Numbered from the stretch's first letter, positions 37,775 through 51,832 are shown. The stretch: 64,000 bases of DNA from Lama guanicoe (GCA_013239625.1 MU053873.1:3764273-3828272); one strand, 5' to 3'. The notes: generated from the letters alone by a model not told the origin. Program-made: numbers and translations.

Positions 37775-38029
37775 CTGCGGGGACATGAGGGTCAGCGGGT
37801 CCTGCCCTGCTTAGGCTCCCCAGCGCCCAGCCTGGCTCAGAGCTGCAGCCACACATGGATGCCTTGAAGAGCTGGGACCCCCAGAATCACAAATTTCACG
37901 ACAGCATCATAGGAAAAATGTATGCCTCTCCACCTCCCGGCCCCTCAAAAGGGAGCAAGAAAGCTTAGTGGTTAACCCGTGCTGGCTGCCCAAGGTCAGA
38001 GCATCCCTGTTCACATCCTCTCCCAGCCA

Positions 38030-38215
38030 TTAACCAGCTGTGTGACTATGTACAATTACTTCCCTTCTTTGTGCCTTAGTCTCCTCATCTGTAAAATGGG
38101 GCCGGTATGAACATGAACCCCCTAAGGCTGCTGTTAGAATGAGGTGGAAAAAACACATGGAAAGCACTTTGCACAGAGCCTGCCACCTAACGAGTGCTTT
38201 ACAAACATCAGCTAT
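38030..38215 (+). mobile_element. MIR SINE (example of many)
   Basis: GCTGTGTGAC...GCCTTAGTCTCCTCATCTGTAAAATGGG core. Confidence 0.75.
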
Positions 38216-40477
38216 TGCTCCTGTTCGTGAGGGAGGGCAGACTGGACCGCGGGACTGCCGAGCTTTATCTGGGTTAAAAGTCACTGCATCGTCCTTAATA
38301 TCACGATCCCAGGAACAGCTAACATCTTGTTCACTCTCCGCCACAGCCAGGCAGGAAGGAAAACCATCCCCACTTTTCATATGCGGAAGCTGAGGCTTCC
38401 AGAGGGGAATGGAATTGGCCTCGGCCACCCAGCAAGTAAGTGATGGAGCCGGCACTCACCCAGGTCAGAGCCCCAGGTATGCTCACCCCGCCTGTGCTCC
38501 CACAAAGGACCCTTGAAGACGGGATTCAGTCATCTCTTCCCATTTCTGCGTTTCCCCTGGAGGCCCTGCCCAGTCCTCCCCAAACAGGAGACCTCATTGT
38601 AGCCTGGGCTCTGTCACTAAATTGCTGTGTGACCTCAGGCAAATGACTTTTCCTCTCTGGGCCTCAGTGGTCCCTTCCGGGAAACAGACCCTGTGTAGGC
38701 CATTCTGATCGTCTCTCTGGTACTTCCAGCAGCCTGCAATTAAGTACCTTCTCACCTTCTGTCTTACGTGGCAGACTGGGAGCTCACTCTGGTGTACACT
38801 GAGAGCATCATCAATGTTCACGGGAAAATGCTGAGTTTATAATAAGAGCTACTCCTTACGGGGAATCTGCTGGGTGTCAGGTCAGCGTTAAGGTTTACTC
38901 TACGTGATCCCTGCGGCGAAACCTAGGAAGCGAGTCACTCACTTCACAGACGAGGACACCAGCACTCCCAGGCTTGAGAGCCTGGCCAAGGTCCGGCCAC
39001 GTGCAAGGAGAAACACCGAGACGTTTTCGTCTAATGGCTTGTCTTGTCTTGCCGTTGTTGCTGCTATTATTGCAATGACTTGGCTCTGAGTGCCTGTCCA
39101 CATTTACCCCACCTGCCCATGGATTTAAAACATTCTGGGTGAGGATCTCTGAAATATCTTCATGTTTGCTTACACGCCCAGGACTTGTCATTTGTTTATA
39201 TTGAACAAGCTCATGATCCGTTCCGGTTTGGTTCAAAAGGACCGATGGGTAAGAGACACCTCGGGGACGCCCTGCAGACCTCGTCTAGGGCCGGTAGATT
39301 TCTCTCACCCCCCAACTTTGATCGGAGTTAGAGAATGATCATGATTTTTATCACTCTCTAGTCTTCTAAGTCTTTAATTGGTCAACAGGCCAGCAAGTAT
39401 TGAGACATGCATACTATTAATTTGCAAATAAAAATGCCCAGGAGAAAAAAGAAGGCTGGAGATATATACCTAATTTACATAAACACATATAGATATAGAT
39501 TCCCATATACATATGTATGTGTGCTTGTGGGCATACATATATATATGTATTTAAATATATATGTAAATATACTTATATATATTTAAATAAATGTATCTCA
39601 CTTTAAAAAAGTATAATCTTGCCCAAGGTCACTCAACAAAGAAGTGGCAGAGGTGGGGTGTGAACAGAGCTGTGCTGCCACGGGGCTGAGCGGACGTCAT
39701 TGGTTTCCCAGGTCATGGCGAGCACTCGGTCCCCAGCCATCCGGACAGAAGCTGATGGGCCCCTCCACTGGGCCAAGACCGTGAGAGGGGCAACACAGCA
39801 TGTCCTTCGTTATGAGCCACTCCAATCACGAAATTAAAAAGGTTTTCCGGGAGAAAGGAAGAAACCTTCCCATGTATGCATACACACTGCTTAAGCACTG
39901 AATCCTGACTGCAGGGGCACGCGAGACACGTGTCTCTGGCCATTGTGAAAGTACAGGACCTGGCAGCGTGGTTATTCCTGGGACCTTATGAGCCTTGCTG
40001 GTTCAGGGAGCGAAGCTGAGTCACGCTCCCAACTGCTGGCCTGAAGCCTTTGCTGAACCAGCTGCTCGCGATCCCTCGGGATGCGACCATGGCTTTCGAT
40101 TTTTGTATTATTTTTAAAGTCCTCATCCATCCTCTCCCTTTACCTGGGCAAGGAAAGGATGTGGAACCCATCCCTCAAATGCAAGACCCCAGTCGCTTGG
40201 GGTGGGGCTGGCATGAGCGAAGCCCTCGGGAGAGAAGGCATGCCTCTGTGTCAGCCGTGATCGCCTCTCCACGGGGCGCCAACGTCATCCTCAATTTCTT
40301 CTCTCAGCCTTTCTCTATTTCCAGTTTCCCTCCTGGGATCCCTCTGGAATCCGAAAATAACTTCGCAGTTATAAAGCAAAAGAATGATGGTGAGAGCCTT
40401 TGCCTAAAGACGCCATATCCCCGAGGCGGCCCACGGAGGAAGGAGCCGCCGCTCACGTCCGTGGGCCCCTGACTCAC

Positions 40478-40553
40478 CACAGAAGGAGATGATGTGGCTG
40501 CTGTCTTCGTGGACAAACTTGCGTGTGACGGCCTCCTCCATGATCTGCTTCAC
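40478..40553 (-). CDS. SGSM1: SGSM1 exon 3 (76 nt), [25 protein letters not shown]
   Basis: acceptor ttccag|GTG, donor TGTG|gtgagt; phase 0 to 1. Confidence 0.95.
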
Positions 40554-41269
40554 CTGGAAGACAGGGCAGCCAGATGGGGGGAGACCCTGATCCACCCGGG
40601 GTGCAGACACCCCGAAGGGCTGGACTGCATCACCCACCCCTGTCTCTGATAGCCCCACACTTCACAGTGAACTGAATTAATTTTCCAGGCTCTTTGCCCA
40701 GTGTCACACCGAAAATGTCATCCCCTTCCCTGATCACATAAGCTAAGGCATCCACCTCCAATTCCATCCACTCCTATTACGGTTCCTGCAGAGTAGTTCC
40801 TGTCCTATTTGTTTATTTGTTTACCGTGTGTCTCCATCTTCCAGAATATAATTTCCCCAAGGGGAGGGTCTCGTCTGCCTTGTTCACTGCTGTATCTATG
40901 GAGCTTGGGATAGTGCCTGGTGCATAGTAGGTCTCCAGAAACATCTTCTAAGTGGATGGATGAATGAATGAAATGGGTACACTAAAAAAAATCAGGAGGG
41001 CGGAGTATGAAAAATCAGCCCTGGAATCTGGGAGACTTGGGTTCAAATCCCTGCTCAGGTACCCGCCAGCTGGATTTGTGATCTTATTTTGGGAAACAGA
41101 GGCTCAGCAATGTGTAGAAACTCTCCCAGAAAGGTAGAGTGGCCGAGTAGAGACAGATCCCAGCTGGGTCTGAATCTCCAGGCTGTGTGCTTTTCCTACC
41201 ACGCTCACTCAGTCAACAAGTATTTACCGAGTACCCATGATGTGCCAGGCGCAGGGGCACACACACACA

Positions 41270-42458
41270 CAAATCAATCAATGTAACACTACATTAACAT
41301 AACAAAGGAAAACCACCACATGATCATCTCAGTTGATGCAGAAAAAAGCATTTGACAAAATTCAACATTGTTTTATAATTAAAAAAAAACTGAACAAACT
41401 AGAAACAGAAGGAAACTACTTTAGCATAATACAGGTCATATAGATATAACTTTAAATTGCGCTTTCCAATTATTGTGCTTCTCACACATTGAAGGTTGGT
41501 GGTAACCGTGAGTTGCCATATGATGATTGGCATTTTTGAGCAATAAAGACTTTTTAAATTAAGGTATACACATTGTTTGTTTGTTTAGATATAATGCTAT
41601 TGCACACTTAATAGACTACAGTATAGTGTCAACATTACTTTTGTGCACTGGGAAACAAAAAAAATTCACGTCACTGATTTTATTGTGATATTTGCTTTAC
41701 TGAGGTGGTCTGGAAGCAAACCTGCATTAGCTCCAAGGTATGCTTGTATATGAAAAGCCCAGAGCTACCACCATACTCAACGGTGAAAGATTAAAAATCT
41801 TTTCCTCTAAGTTCAGAGACAAGATAAAGATGCCCACTTTTACCTCTTCTTTTTAACACAGCGCTGGAAGTCTTAGCCAGATAAACCAGGCAAGAAAAGA
41901 AAGAAGGATGCAAATTGGAAAGGAAGAATAAAATTATCTCCTTTCCCAGATGACATGATCTTATATTTAGATATTACATATATAGAGGTTTCCATGTTCA
42001 TAGCAGCGTTATTCGTAACAGCCAAAAGGTGGAAACAACCCAAGGGTCCACTGGTGGATGAGTGGATAAATACATCGTAGTAAATACATACAATGGAATA
42101 GTATTCAGCCTTGAAAAGGAAGGAAATTCTGACACACGCCACAACATGGATGAACCTTTGAGCACATCACAATAAGTGAAATAAGCCAGTAACAAAGAGA
42201 CAGGTTCATAGGATTCCACTTTTACGAGGTATCTAGCATAGTCAAATGCACAGAGAAAGTGGAACGGGGTTGGCAGAGGCTGTGGAGGGGAAGGCACCGT
42301 GGGGAGTTAGTGCTTAATTGGTACAGAGGTTCAGTTTTGCAAGATAAAACGAGTTCTGGATATTGGCTACAGGACAAGGTGAACATACTTCACACCACTG
42401 AACTTAAAAATAGTTAAGGATGGAAATATTCTGTTCTGTGTATTTTACCACCATTTTA
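41270..42458 (+). mobile_element. old LINE-1 (L1MB-like) ORF2 and 3' UTR fragments, interrupted by a Tigger element
   Basis: RT-region motifs ATGATCATCTCAGTTGATGCAGAAAAAAGCATTTGACAAAATTCAAC and GATGACATGATC; L1MB-type end GTATTTTACCAC. Confidence 0.8.
41441..41746 (+). mobile_element. Tigger1-derived non-autonomous DNA transposon inserted in L1
   Basis: matches recalled Tigger1 3' end (ATAATGCTATTGCACACTTAATAGACTACAGTATAGTG...AGGTATGCTTG); TA flanks; L1 resumes at TATGAAAAGCCC. Confidence 0.8.
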
Positions 42459-45400
42459 AGACACCTAAAGTTGGTGCCAATTGCAAATCTCAGGTTATCA
42501 CCTGTGCTTCTGACAGACTGGCTTTAAATCAGGGTTCCCACCTTGTGAGAGCATCCCATTGCAAGTCAGGCTTTCAACAGATGAATTTGGGAGGTTGACA
42601 CAAACAGCCTTGCAGAAGGCTGTCTGCTTACAGCAGTGGCTCCTGAGACTCAGAGAGGGTAAGCCCGCTCTTGAGGTCACACAGCCAGGAAGCTGGCTAT
42701 AGAGGGAGTCCGTGGCTGTCTGGCTCTAGGCCTCGTCATGGGGATGGACCCGGGACAGGATGGGTGGTGGAGGAGGAGACCAATGCAGCACTGAGGACGG
42801 TCTCAGCCTGATGGAGAGGCTCTGTGACATGAGGACTCCTCCTCACTTCCTCTGGCGCCCAGCTGTGAGCTGGAACGTCTCCCCAGAAGTTAATAACAGG
42901 CTGACATGACAGCCTGAAGCCAGGAGAGGAAATTAAAGGGCAATGGCGTGCCAGCCTCCCCTGGAGGATCAGTGCGCGTCCTGCAGAAGAGGGCACACGG
43001 TCTCGCCACAGGAAGAGAGAGGCTGCTGCCCACTCCTGCGAGGGGGGAGGCCATCCCGGGGGACAGCTCAGCACTGCGGGCGGGGGAAGAGGGCCAGGCA
43101 GCCTCAGAAGGCCTCCAAAATTCAGCTCAACCACCATCCCCCCTCTCAGGCTGCCATACACGGGCTTGAACTTGGTCCTGCCTTGGAGGCAGACAGATCT
43201 GAATGACCACGGGATGGTTTGGAGACAGCGGGAGTCATCAGTGTGCATCCTGGGCTCCTTGTGGCCTCTGTGAGCGTCTAAGCTCCGGCCCAGGAATCAA
43301 GCCCCATTTAAGAAGCACAGAGACAGTGACTGTGGTTGGTGCCACTCCGAAGACACAGACCTGCCTGCCTTCCCGTCCCAGCTTGGCCACTCATGTCCTG
43401 TGTGAGCTCGGCCAAGCCTCACCCCTGCTGGCACCTCACTTTCGCCATCTGTAAAGTGGAACTGATTCCCCTGCAGGGCTATGCGGAGGATTACGTGTGA
43501 TGTTATCGGCAAACGGGCAGGCAGGGCAGGAGCTTTGCGATGCTGAAGCACCCTGCTCATTTCCTTTGAGTAATCACTAGGTTCTGGGGACCGCTTGTAG
43601 GAACAACCACCTTAATGAGGCAAATGCCCAAACTATTCCCATCTTACAGAAGGAGAAACTGATGCACACACAGATTAGACCACCTGCCCCAGGTCATGCA
43701 GAGGCGGCAGGATTCAGGCAGGATTCAGACTCACGCCCTTTGTTCTAAGAAACTGTTATTCTGCAACAGCCAGAGGCCATTGTGAACAAATGCTTCTGTT
43801 ACTCTCCTTGGTTCTGTAGTTCTGCTTTTGTTATTAAAGAGAATGTTTACTAAGAGCACCGACTGAGTGCCAGGGACTTTGCATAGAACGCCTTATTTAG
43901 TTCTCACAAGAGCATTATTATTCCCATTTTAAAGATGGACACAAGAGGGTTTATACCATTCGCCTGAAGGTCACACAGCCAGGACCTGAGCCCAGATTTG
44001 TCTGACAGCCTGACCTGGAGCCCTGCCTCCAGCCCTGCCCAGTCCTGGCTCAGCTCTCCGCAATCCCAGTGTGGTGAGAAACCTGTGAGGAGGGAGTCCT
44101 CAGTCTCCCAACTTGCGGATGGAAAGAGGCACTGTACTAGGAGTCAGAAGACCTGGGTCGCCTGGATGTGCCTCTGCCAACCACACCCCACTGTGGGGAT
44201 CTTTCAGGGGCAGGGGGACCTCAAAGGTCACCACGGACAAGAAGCTTTGATCCCTCTCCAGCATCCGTTCTAAGGAGTCCTCCAACATCTGCCTGCATTC
44301 CTCCAACGATGGGGAACTCACTCCTTTTTTGGAACCAGCTTATCAGCTCTAAGGACAGGATGTCAGGAGGCCACTGAGAGAGGCTAAGAGCCTGGGAGGT
44401 GGAGACACTGCCCTGGGGTCAGATCCTTCGCCACTCACTACACGCATGACGCTGGATGTGTCTCCCCATCTGTAAAACGGGGGCAACATGAGGCTTGAGT
44501 GAGATCGTGGAGATGGTGCCTGGCACGCGGTAGGGATTCTACAAATGACAGTGCCTCTTGAGATGACAGTGACTGTCAGTCACTGCCTGGCTATTTGTGA
44601 CAGTTGGTTGAACGGGCGATTGCTAGGTGGCCCTTCAGCTCTGGTCACCAACCCCAGCCTCTTCCGGCTGTGACCCAGCCCCAGCCCTCCCGGACTCCCT
44701 CAGGCCTCTGAGCTCCTGCCCCACCCCACCTCCGGCCCCACCCTGCAACCAGGCAGAGACGTGCCCCGCCCTCCCGCCATCCCACCCTCCCTCCACCTGC
44801 AAATATTGAAACAGCATAAAAGGAGGATTAAGCCCTGGAGGCAGGCAGGGAAATCCGGGCCGATCTGCAAAGCTGGAAGGGGGAGCGCCTTCTCGCTCCT
44901 CCTCACACCCGCCACCTGCTCACACCCAGGTCCCCTCCCTGAAATCTGCCAGGTTCCAAACGAACTCGCTACTCCTCCCTGCCCGTCCACGAAGAGCCCC
45001 GGATGGGACGGGAATCACACGGCCCGGTATGCAGGGCTGTTAGAAGCACTATGGAAAATACAGGCCAGTGTGTGTGTGTTGGGGGGCGGGGGCTCAAACA
45101 GGGCCCAGCACACACAGGGCACCAGATGAAGGAACACACTTCTGTGATGTAAGAACATGAGCTTGGGAGCCACTAGGCCTGGGTCAAAGTTAGCTGGGGG
45201 CCCCTGGGCCTCAGTTTCCTCATCTGTGAAATGGGGATGGTAACTGCACCACCTCCCAGGGCTGCTACGTGAGGATTCCAAGGACAAAACATGCGCAGTG
45301 CTCAGATCCACCCTGTCGAAAGTCGAGCCTCATTCATGCCACCTTAGAACTCACCACGACCAGACTGTCACTACACACCTGTGAGTTTATCCCTTATACT

Positions 45401-45640
45401 GTCCATCTCTCCCAAGTAAACCGTGAGCCCCCAGGACAGTGCCTAGAGAACCAGTCGGTGTTCAGTACATATGTGGTGATCACTCTGATTGGATTAGTTG
45501 CCCGAATGCCAGCAGCCGAGCTGGGCCCCAGGCAGCGCCCTAAGCCCCTCTGACGCCCGGTCTCATTCGCTGTGTGTGTCAGGCTGGGGTTGGCAAACTG
45601 CTTCCGCAGAGTCAGACAGCACACACTTCAGGCTTTGGAA

Positions 45641-45712
45641 CAGGGCTGCCAGATAAAATACAGGATGCCCAGGAAAATCTAAATAAGACAAATAAGAAAT
45701 AGATATATGTGC

Positions 45713-45772
<60 letters not shown>

Positions 45773-45913
45773 ACGTGTGTGTATATATATTTTGGTGTAA
45801 GTACGTCCCAAATAGTGCACAGTGCATACTTTTACTAAAAGACTACTTGTTTCCCTAAAATTCAAATTTAATTGGGCATTCTGAATTTTTATTTGCTAAA
45901 CCTGGCAAACCTA
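45641..45913. mobile_element. MER53 palindromic MITE with an internal (TG)n expansion
   Basis: ends CAGGGCTGCCAGATAAAATACAGGATGCCCAG and TTTATTTGCTAAACCTGGCAAACCTA. Confidence 0.75.
45718..45770. repeat. (TG)n microsatellite, about 26 units
   Basis: uninterrupted TG run. Confidence 0.95.
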
Positions 45914-47769
45914 TTTTCAGGCCACAGCCTAAGTCACAGTCTCTTGTTTTTACAACCCTTTGGAATGCAAAAAGCACTCTTGGCTGAAGGGAAGTGCATA
46001 AACAGGCTACATTTGGCCCACAGCGACCCCCAGGTTACAGCGGCCAGCGTGGTGCCCATGGCACACAGGAGGCCTAAATAAACATCACCCACATCACCTG
46101 AGCGGCCACCTGCCAGCACCCCCGCCCCACCTCGGGGCAGGTGCCTGGGAGTGCAGGTGAGTGAGTAACGCTGAGGCAGCATCCGCTTATGAGCCGGAGG
46201 CCCCTAGGCAGCCTGCCTCTTACGTCTGCCAGAAACTCGCAATTGAGAAGGCAGTTAAGTTAGGATGCCCGGAGGGCCCTCGAGGTGGCTTTAAAAATAA
46301 CTCTTAGCGTGTGGGGAAAGTGGGGAGCAAAGGGGGGTGACTCAAACGCCCCATCGACAACCACTGGGGTGAGGCAGGTGAGCGGAGGATGGGCTGGCAC
46401 CCGGGATGCTGAGAACAAGATGCAGACGCCTTTGAAGGCCAGTATTTCCAGCCCTGCCTTCTGGGACCTTTGGATACAGGCCACCAAAGGCGGCACAAAG
46501 AGCTCACCTCTGTGCCTTTGCCTATGAAGTGCCTTCTGTCAGGTGCCCCTCCATGCATGCTCCAGCTGGCTAACTGCAACTCAGGCTTCAGCCCAGGTGT
46601 CGCCTCCTCCTGGGAGCCTTCCTGGACTCTCCAGACCTCAAGCGGGGATAAGTGTGCCTTTTCCATGTTCTGCTAACACCTGCCTTCCCAGCATGTATGA
46701 CATGAACTGAAACTATCACTCATCCACTCAACATTCAGGGAGCACCTCTTATGTGTCCAGCACCAGGAGGCAAGCAGATAAAGTCCCCGTCCTCATGGAG
46801 GTCACAGTCTAGTGAAGTGGAAAGACATTAACTAAATCACAACAATAGGTAAACAACGACAAAGTGAGACCATTCTCTGCAGTGAACTTGGTTCTATGAG
46901 AACAGATAGCAAGGAAACTGGGCGGGTGGGGAGGTCAAGGAGGGCTTCCAGGAGGAGGTGATGCTCAAGATTTGAAGTATAGAAATGAACTCTCTGGGCT
47001 TCAGATTCTCCAACTCCAAAGCAGAGGGAAAAAATTTTCTCCTGCAACCACCCCTCCCAATTCCCTCCTGGAGGCAACTTGGAGCTTAAAAGAAGCAACA
47101 GATGTACAGACAGTGTGGCAGAGGAAAGCACTACACAGAAATAGCTGGCCGCTTTGTATTTTTTAATTTGTTATGGGCGAGGCACGCGGGAAGTGACAGT
47201 TGGGAGAGATTGGAACAGGGCTGATGGGCGGTGGACGAGGAGGGGACAGGAATATTTTGGGAATCTCCAAAGCACAGACACAGACAGATATGGGGGCTGC
47301 AAGCTGCTTCCATGGTGTGGCCCCACCTTCCTTTCCTGCCAAGTCTTGTCCCTTCGTTTCCTGCAGTCTGGAGCTCCAGCCACATGAGCATTCCTTCTGT
47401 GTGGCCCATGTGATCCCCACCACCTGACCCTTGCCTCTGCAGTCCCCGCCACCCGACAGCCCCACCCACTCCTAGGTCCACCTCCAGCTCTGGAAAAACC
47501 ACCCAATGTTCCAGACCCAGGTAATGCGACCTTCCCCTCACTTCCTCTTCAGACCCCCTCCAGTTGATGTGCTGCCCCCTTTCCCAGCTCCTAGAGAAAC
47601 TGCACAGCCATGAGCACTGGGTTCTGGAATCAGACTTCCAGGATGCAGATCCCAGCTCTTGCATGCATGATCTCGGGCAAATCATGTCCTTTCTCTGAGC
47701 CTCAGTATTCCTATCCATAAAATGGGTGATAGTATTAGTATTTGATTTAGATATAACATTGCCTCACAG

Positions 47770-48003
47770 GCATAAGGCAGTACATTTCGTAGCAATATTT
47801 TTTGGATCTGTCTCTAAGGCAAAAGAAATAAAAGGAAAAATAAACAAATGGGACCCAATTCTCTTGCTTGTGCACAGCAAGAGAAACTGTCAACAAAACC
47901 AGAAGACAACCAATGGAATGAGAGAAAATATTCGCAAATGATACGGTCGATAAGGGGTTAATATCCAAACTACATATAAAAAGCTCCGACAACTCAATAT
48001 AAA
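47770..48003 (+). mobile_element. LINE-1 ORF2 fragment
   Basis: AAAATAAACAAATGGGAC...GAGAAAATATTCGCAAAT...TTAATATCCAAA (KINKWD / EKIFAN motifs). Confidence 0.75.
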
Positions 48004-48499
48004 GTGTTAAATACAAGAGCAGCCACGTGGCACGTGCTTTATGCGTCTGTTTCACATAAGAGCAAGCAGCATTTATTTATAAAGCACTCACTGTGTGCCT
48101 GGCACCGTGCTTAGGGGCTTTATCTCATCCAATCGTCATGTTAAGTTGGAGAAATGGGTACAATTACTGTCCCCATTTTGTGGACGAGGAAACTGAGTCT
48201 CGGTGAGATTAAATGACTTCCCAAGGGCACAAGGTTTTTCAAACGGCAGAGCAGGGATTGAAGCCCATGACTATCTGCCCTGCACCGAGCCTGGCACACA
48301 GTAGTTTCATCCATTCATTCAACAGACGCCTACAGATGCTTCCCACAAGCTGGGTGGGTGCTTAACATACAGGAGCCCACAGACTGACAATAACAGAGGT
48401 GTCATTGCTACTATTTCCATTTTTCCAACATCCCAGCACTCCTGGCACCTCTTAGTTCCCTCTCTCTGCCACACATCGGTTCCCAAAGAAGAATCATAG

Positions 48500-48938
48500 T
48501 CACAAAAAGAAATGTCCAAGCTGAAATACGACTCCAACGGTGTGACATTCTAGAAAAGGTAAAAGTACGGAGACAATAAAAAGACTGGTGGTTGTCAGGG
48601 CCGGGGGCAGGGAGGGATGAACAGGCAGAGCACAGAAGACGGTTAGGGTAGGGAAAGTGTTCCCTGTGCTACTATAATGATCGATCCATATGCATCTGTC
48701 AACACCCAGGATGCACATCAAGAATGAACCCTAATGTGAACTACGGACTTTGGGAGATAACGATGTGTCAAGGTTGGCTCATCGAATGTAACCAATGTCC
48801 CACTCTGGTGGGGGGCCCAGAGCGGGGGAGGCTGTGCATGCGTGTGCGTTGGCATGTATAGGAAATCTCTATACTTTCCCCTTCATTTTTACTGTGAACC
48901 TAAAACCGATCTAAAAAAAGTCGTGTTTAAAAAAAAAA
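48500..48938 (+). mobile_element. L1MC-like 3' UTR fragment
   Basis: TGACATTCTAGAAAAGGTAAAA, GAACCCTAATGTGAACTACGGACTTTGGG and TGTGAACCTAAAAC motifs, A-tail. Confidence 0.7.
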
Positions 48939-51657
48939 TCCTTTCCTCACTCTGCCGCTCATTGGAGGATATTGGCAGGGGTCCAAGTTTTGGAGCAAAC
49001 AGGCTAAGGGTTTCCTCTCAAAGGGACTCCTTGGTGCCCTCAGCCTGGGTGGCCTGCAGGGGGCTTTGGGGCTGCGGAGAGCAGAGGTCTGAAGGGGTCC
49101 AGCACTAGGACCGCAGCGACCACTGTGGCTGGATCAAAGCCGCACTTGCCGGGCTCCCTCTGACTCTCAGTTCCAGGACTGCCCTGTCCCACCCTCCTGC
49201 CCACATCCTTCCACCCCGCCCTCCACATCCTCTCAGGTGAGGCAGCCAAAGCCCAGGGAGTGTCCTTCTGCAGTCACACCCAGTGACAGGAGTGAGCGGA
49301 TAAATGAATACATGATAAAGCGGGAGCCCGTGGATCTTGAGAGAGTTAGAAAACTCTCTCTCCAGTCCTGCCCTCTGAACCCCCTAAACGCAGCTGTGAC
49401 ACTTGCAGGAGAAGCAAATGCCTTTGACCGGTGGTGGCGGCTGCCAGTCCAGCCCCAGTTAATCGTTTACTGATGTGCTATAAATAGGCACCAGGCATTG
49501 TTTCCTAAGAGCAGGAGGACCAGACCGGTCAGCCTGCCAATGCCTGGAAGCAGGGGTGTCCCTGGGCGGAGAGTGGGGTTCCCACCAACGGGCCCATCAT
49601 CGCTGCCAGGTACAGATGCCCCTTAACAATGAGTCTCCCCAGTGATTCTGAGAGTGTTGACCTGAGGGTCTCTTGGCCACAGGGTCCCTCAGGTCAACAC
49701 TCCCAGGCACAGCCGCTGATGGAGACGGAGGACCGCTCCCAGGGAAATTGGTCCGCGCGTCTCACATCCCCTGCCCACACCCTGGACCCCGGCCAGCTTT
49801 CTCCCGGTGCTCTGCCCACTGCATGTGGCGGCTCCCCTGGCAACACGCCCCGTTTCTGCAGACCCACGGGCCTCAGGGACTACGGGAGGTGCCTAGATTC
49901 TCTGGAAGGGCGCCCCAACTTTGGGCGCCTGGGCTGCTGCAGGCAAGTAAGAAACGGAATTCCCAGATGGTTGCTCAAAACACCCACAGTGGCAGCCAGA
50001 AAATGGACTGACCACCTCCAGCCAACCTTGGGAGGAGAGCGGTAGGATACTGCGTCTAAGGACTGGGTTAGCATTCTGGTTCTTAGCAGCTCTGTGACCT
50101 CGGCCAAGTCACTCCACTTCCTCTGTGCTTCAATGCACTCATCTGTAAACCGGGATAATAAATAGGACCTACCCCTCTGAGGTCCCCTTTTTAAGCTTAA
50201 ATATGTTAATGGATATAAAACACTTAGCACAGCATGTGAAGCACAACAGGGCTTTCTGGAAACGCTCTGTCCCCGCATCATGGTATCACTAGCCCATGGG
50301 GGGCGGCTGAGTGCTTGCAATGTGGCCAGAGAGGTTGACAAACTAGATCTTTAAACTTAATTTGACTTAATTTTACTCCATTTAAATGTAAACAGACACA
50401 GGTGACCAGTGGCTCACATTGGACAGTGCAGGTCTGGAATACAGTAGGTGCCCAATAAATGCCAACTATGATTAATTATTATTAGGGGTTATTATTGTTA
50501 TTAGAAGGCTCAGTGGGTTAGAAAATCGGCGACACTGTTTCATTTCGGAGCACGCGGAGGTCGGGAAACTGTGCTGTGTTCATCTTCGCACCTAGCACCT
50601 TGCAGGGCGGTTCTCTACCATATTTGGGTACTTGGCTTGTGGATCCTTTGCAGGTACTGAGGATAACGGAGGATACTCTCTCTATACTGCAAGCACAAAG
50701 CTTCTGTACAACTTCAGGGTTTTGCACGCCCCTGAATAGAAATCCCTGATCCAGCAGACAAGTGGCACACCGTAGGTCCCCAGGCAGCACTTGGAATCAC
50801 AGCCCAGCACGGAACACCAGAGTGGCCACTTCCCTGTTAGGGGCTGAGCTCCAAACGCAGCGCCCTCAGGCTGTCGAGGTGCACGCCTGTGCCTTGCCGC
50901 CCGGTTTCCATCTCCCTGTCTGGTCATTTCACCTTGACTCTCCTCTGAGTCCTCTCCCTTACTCTCCCAGCAAAGTGTGGAATCTCAGGGCTGATTCCAC
51001 ACTTCGCTGCCCGTCCAGGCTTGACCAATCAGAGAAATCCATCCCACAGCGGTGGGCGCAAAAGGAGCATGCGACCCACGCTGGTCTGATGAGATCTAAT
51101 CCTAAGACTTCTGCTAAGAACCATGGGGAAGCGGAAGCTCTGCTTCTGTGGATGCCAAGCTGGCAGATTGTGCCCCGAGAGCAGCTGGGCAACATTCTAC
51201 CTCCCCATAGAGAGAGACACAGCATACAGCTAACACAGAGAAAAGCAGCACAGAGAGGTGGAGAGAGACAGGGTCCTGATGACATCATTGGAACCCCTGG
51301 ATACAGCTGTACCTGAATATGCTTCACTCCAACATTCTCACATCCTTGAACCAATAAATCCATTTCTTAGCTTCTCTTTCCCTTTTAGCTTTATATTCAT
51401 ATGTTTATTTACTGTTTTGACTATTTATGTTAGCAAGTTATTATCCAACTCGAAATGGATGGAGCTGGCTAAAATACCCTGCCCTGCGGCTTCTCAGCTG
51501 TGTGACCTTGGTCCAGTGTCTTAACTTCTCTGAGCTTCAAAACCCTCATCAGTAAAGACAAATGGCTATCTGTACCTACTCTATAGATAGACTGCTTTGT
51601 GGATTAAATGAGACAGAGTAAAGCATTTAGAGCAGTATTTAATACATGGCAGTGGTA

Positions 51658-51832
51658 AATGGCATTATGTTGTCGGTTTTTATGGCTGAACAGTATTCCA
51701 TTGTATAAATATACCACATCTTCTTTATCCAGTCATCTGTTGATGGACATTTAGGCTGTTTCCATGTCTTGGCTACTGTAAATAGTGGTAAAGATGTTTT
51801 TATTTCTCAAAAAAAGAATGAAAAAACAAAAA
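51658..51832. mobile_element. short LINE-1 insertion: inverted ORF2-end segment followed by an A-rich tail
   Basis: 51658-51788 is the reverse complement of about 12187-12312 in the young L1 in this window. Confidence 0.75.
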
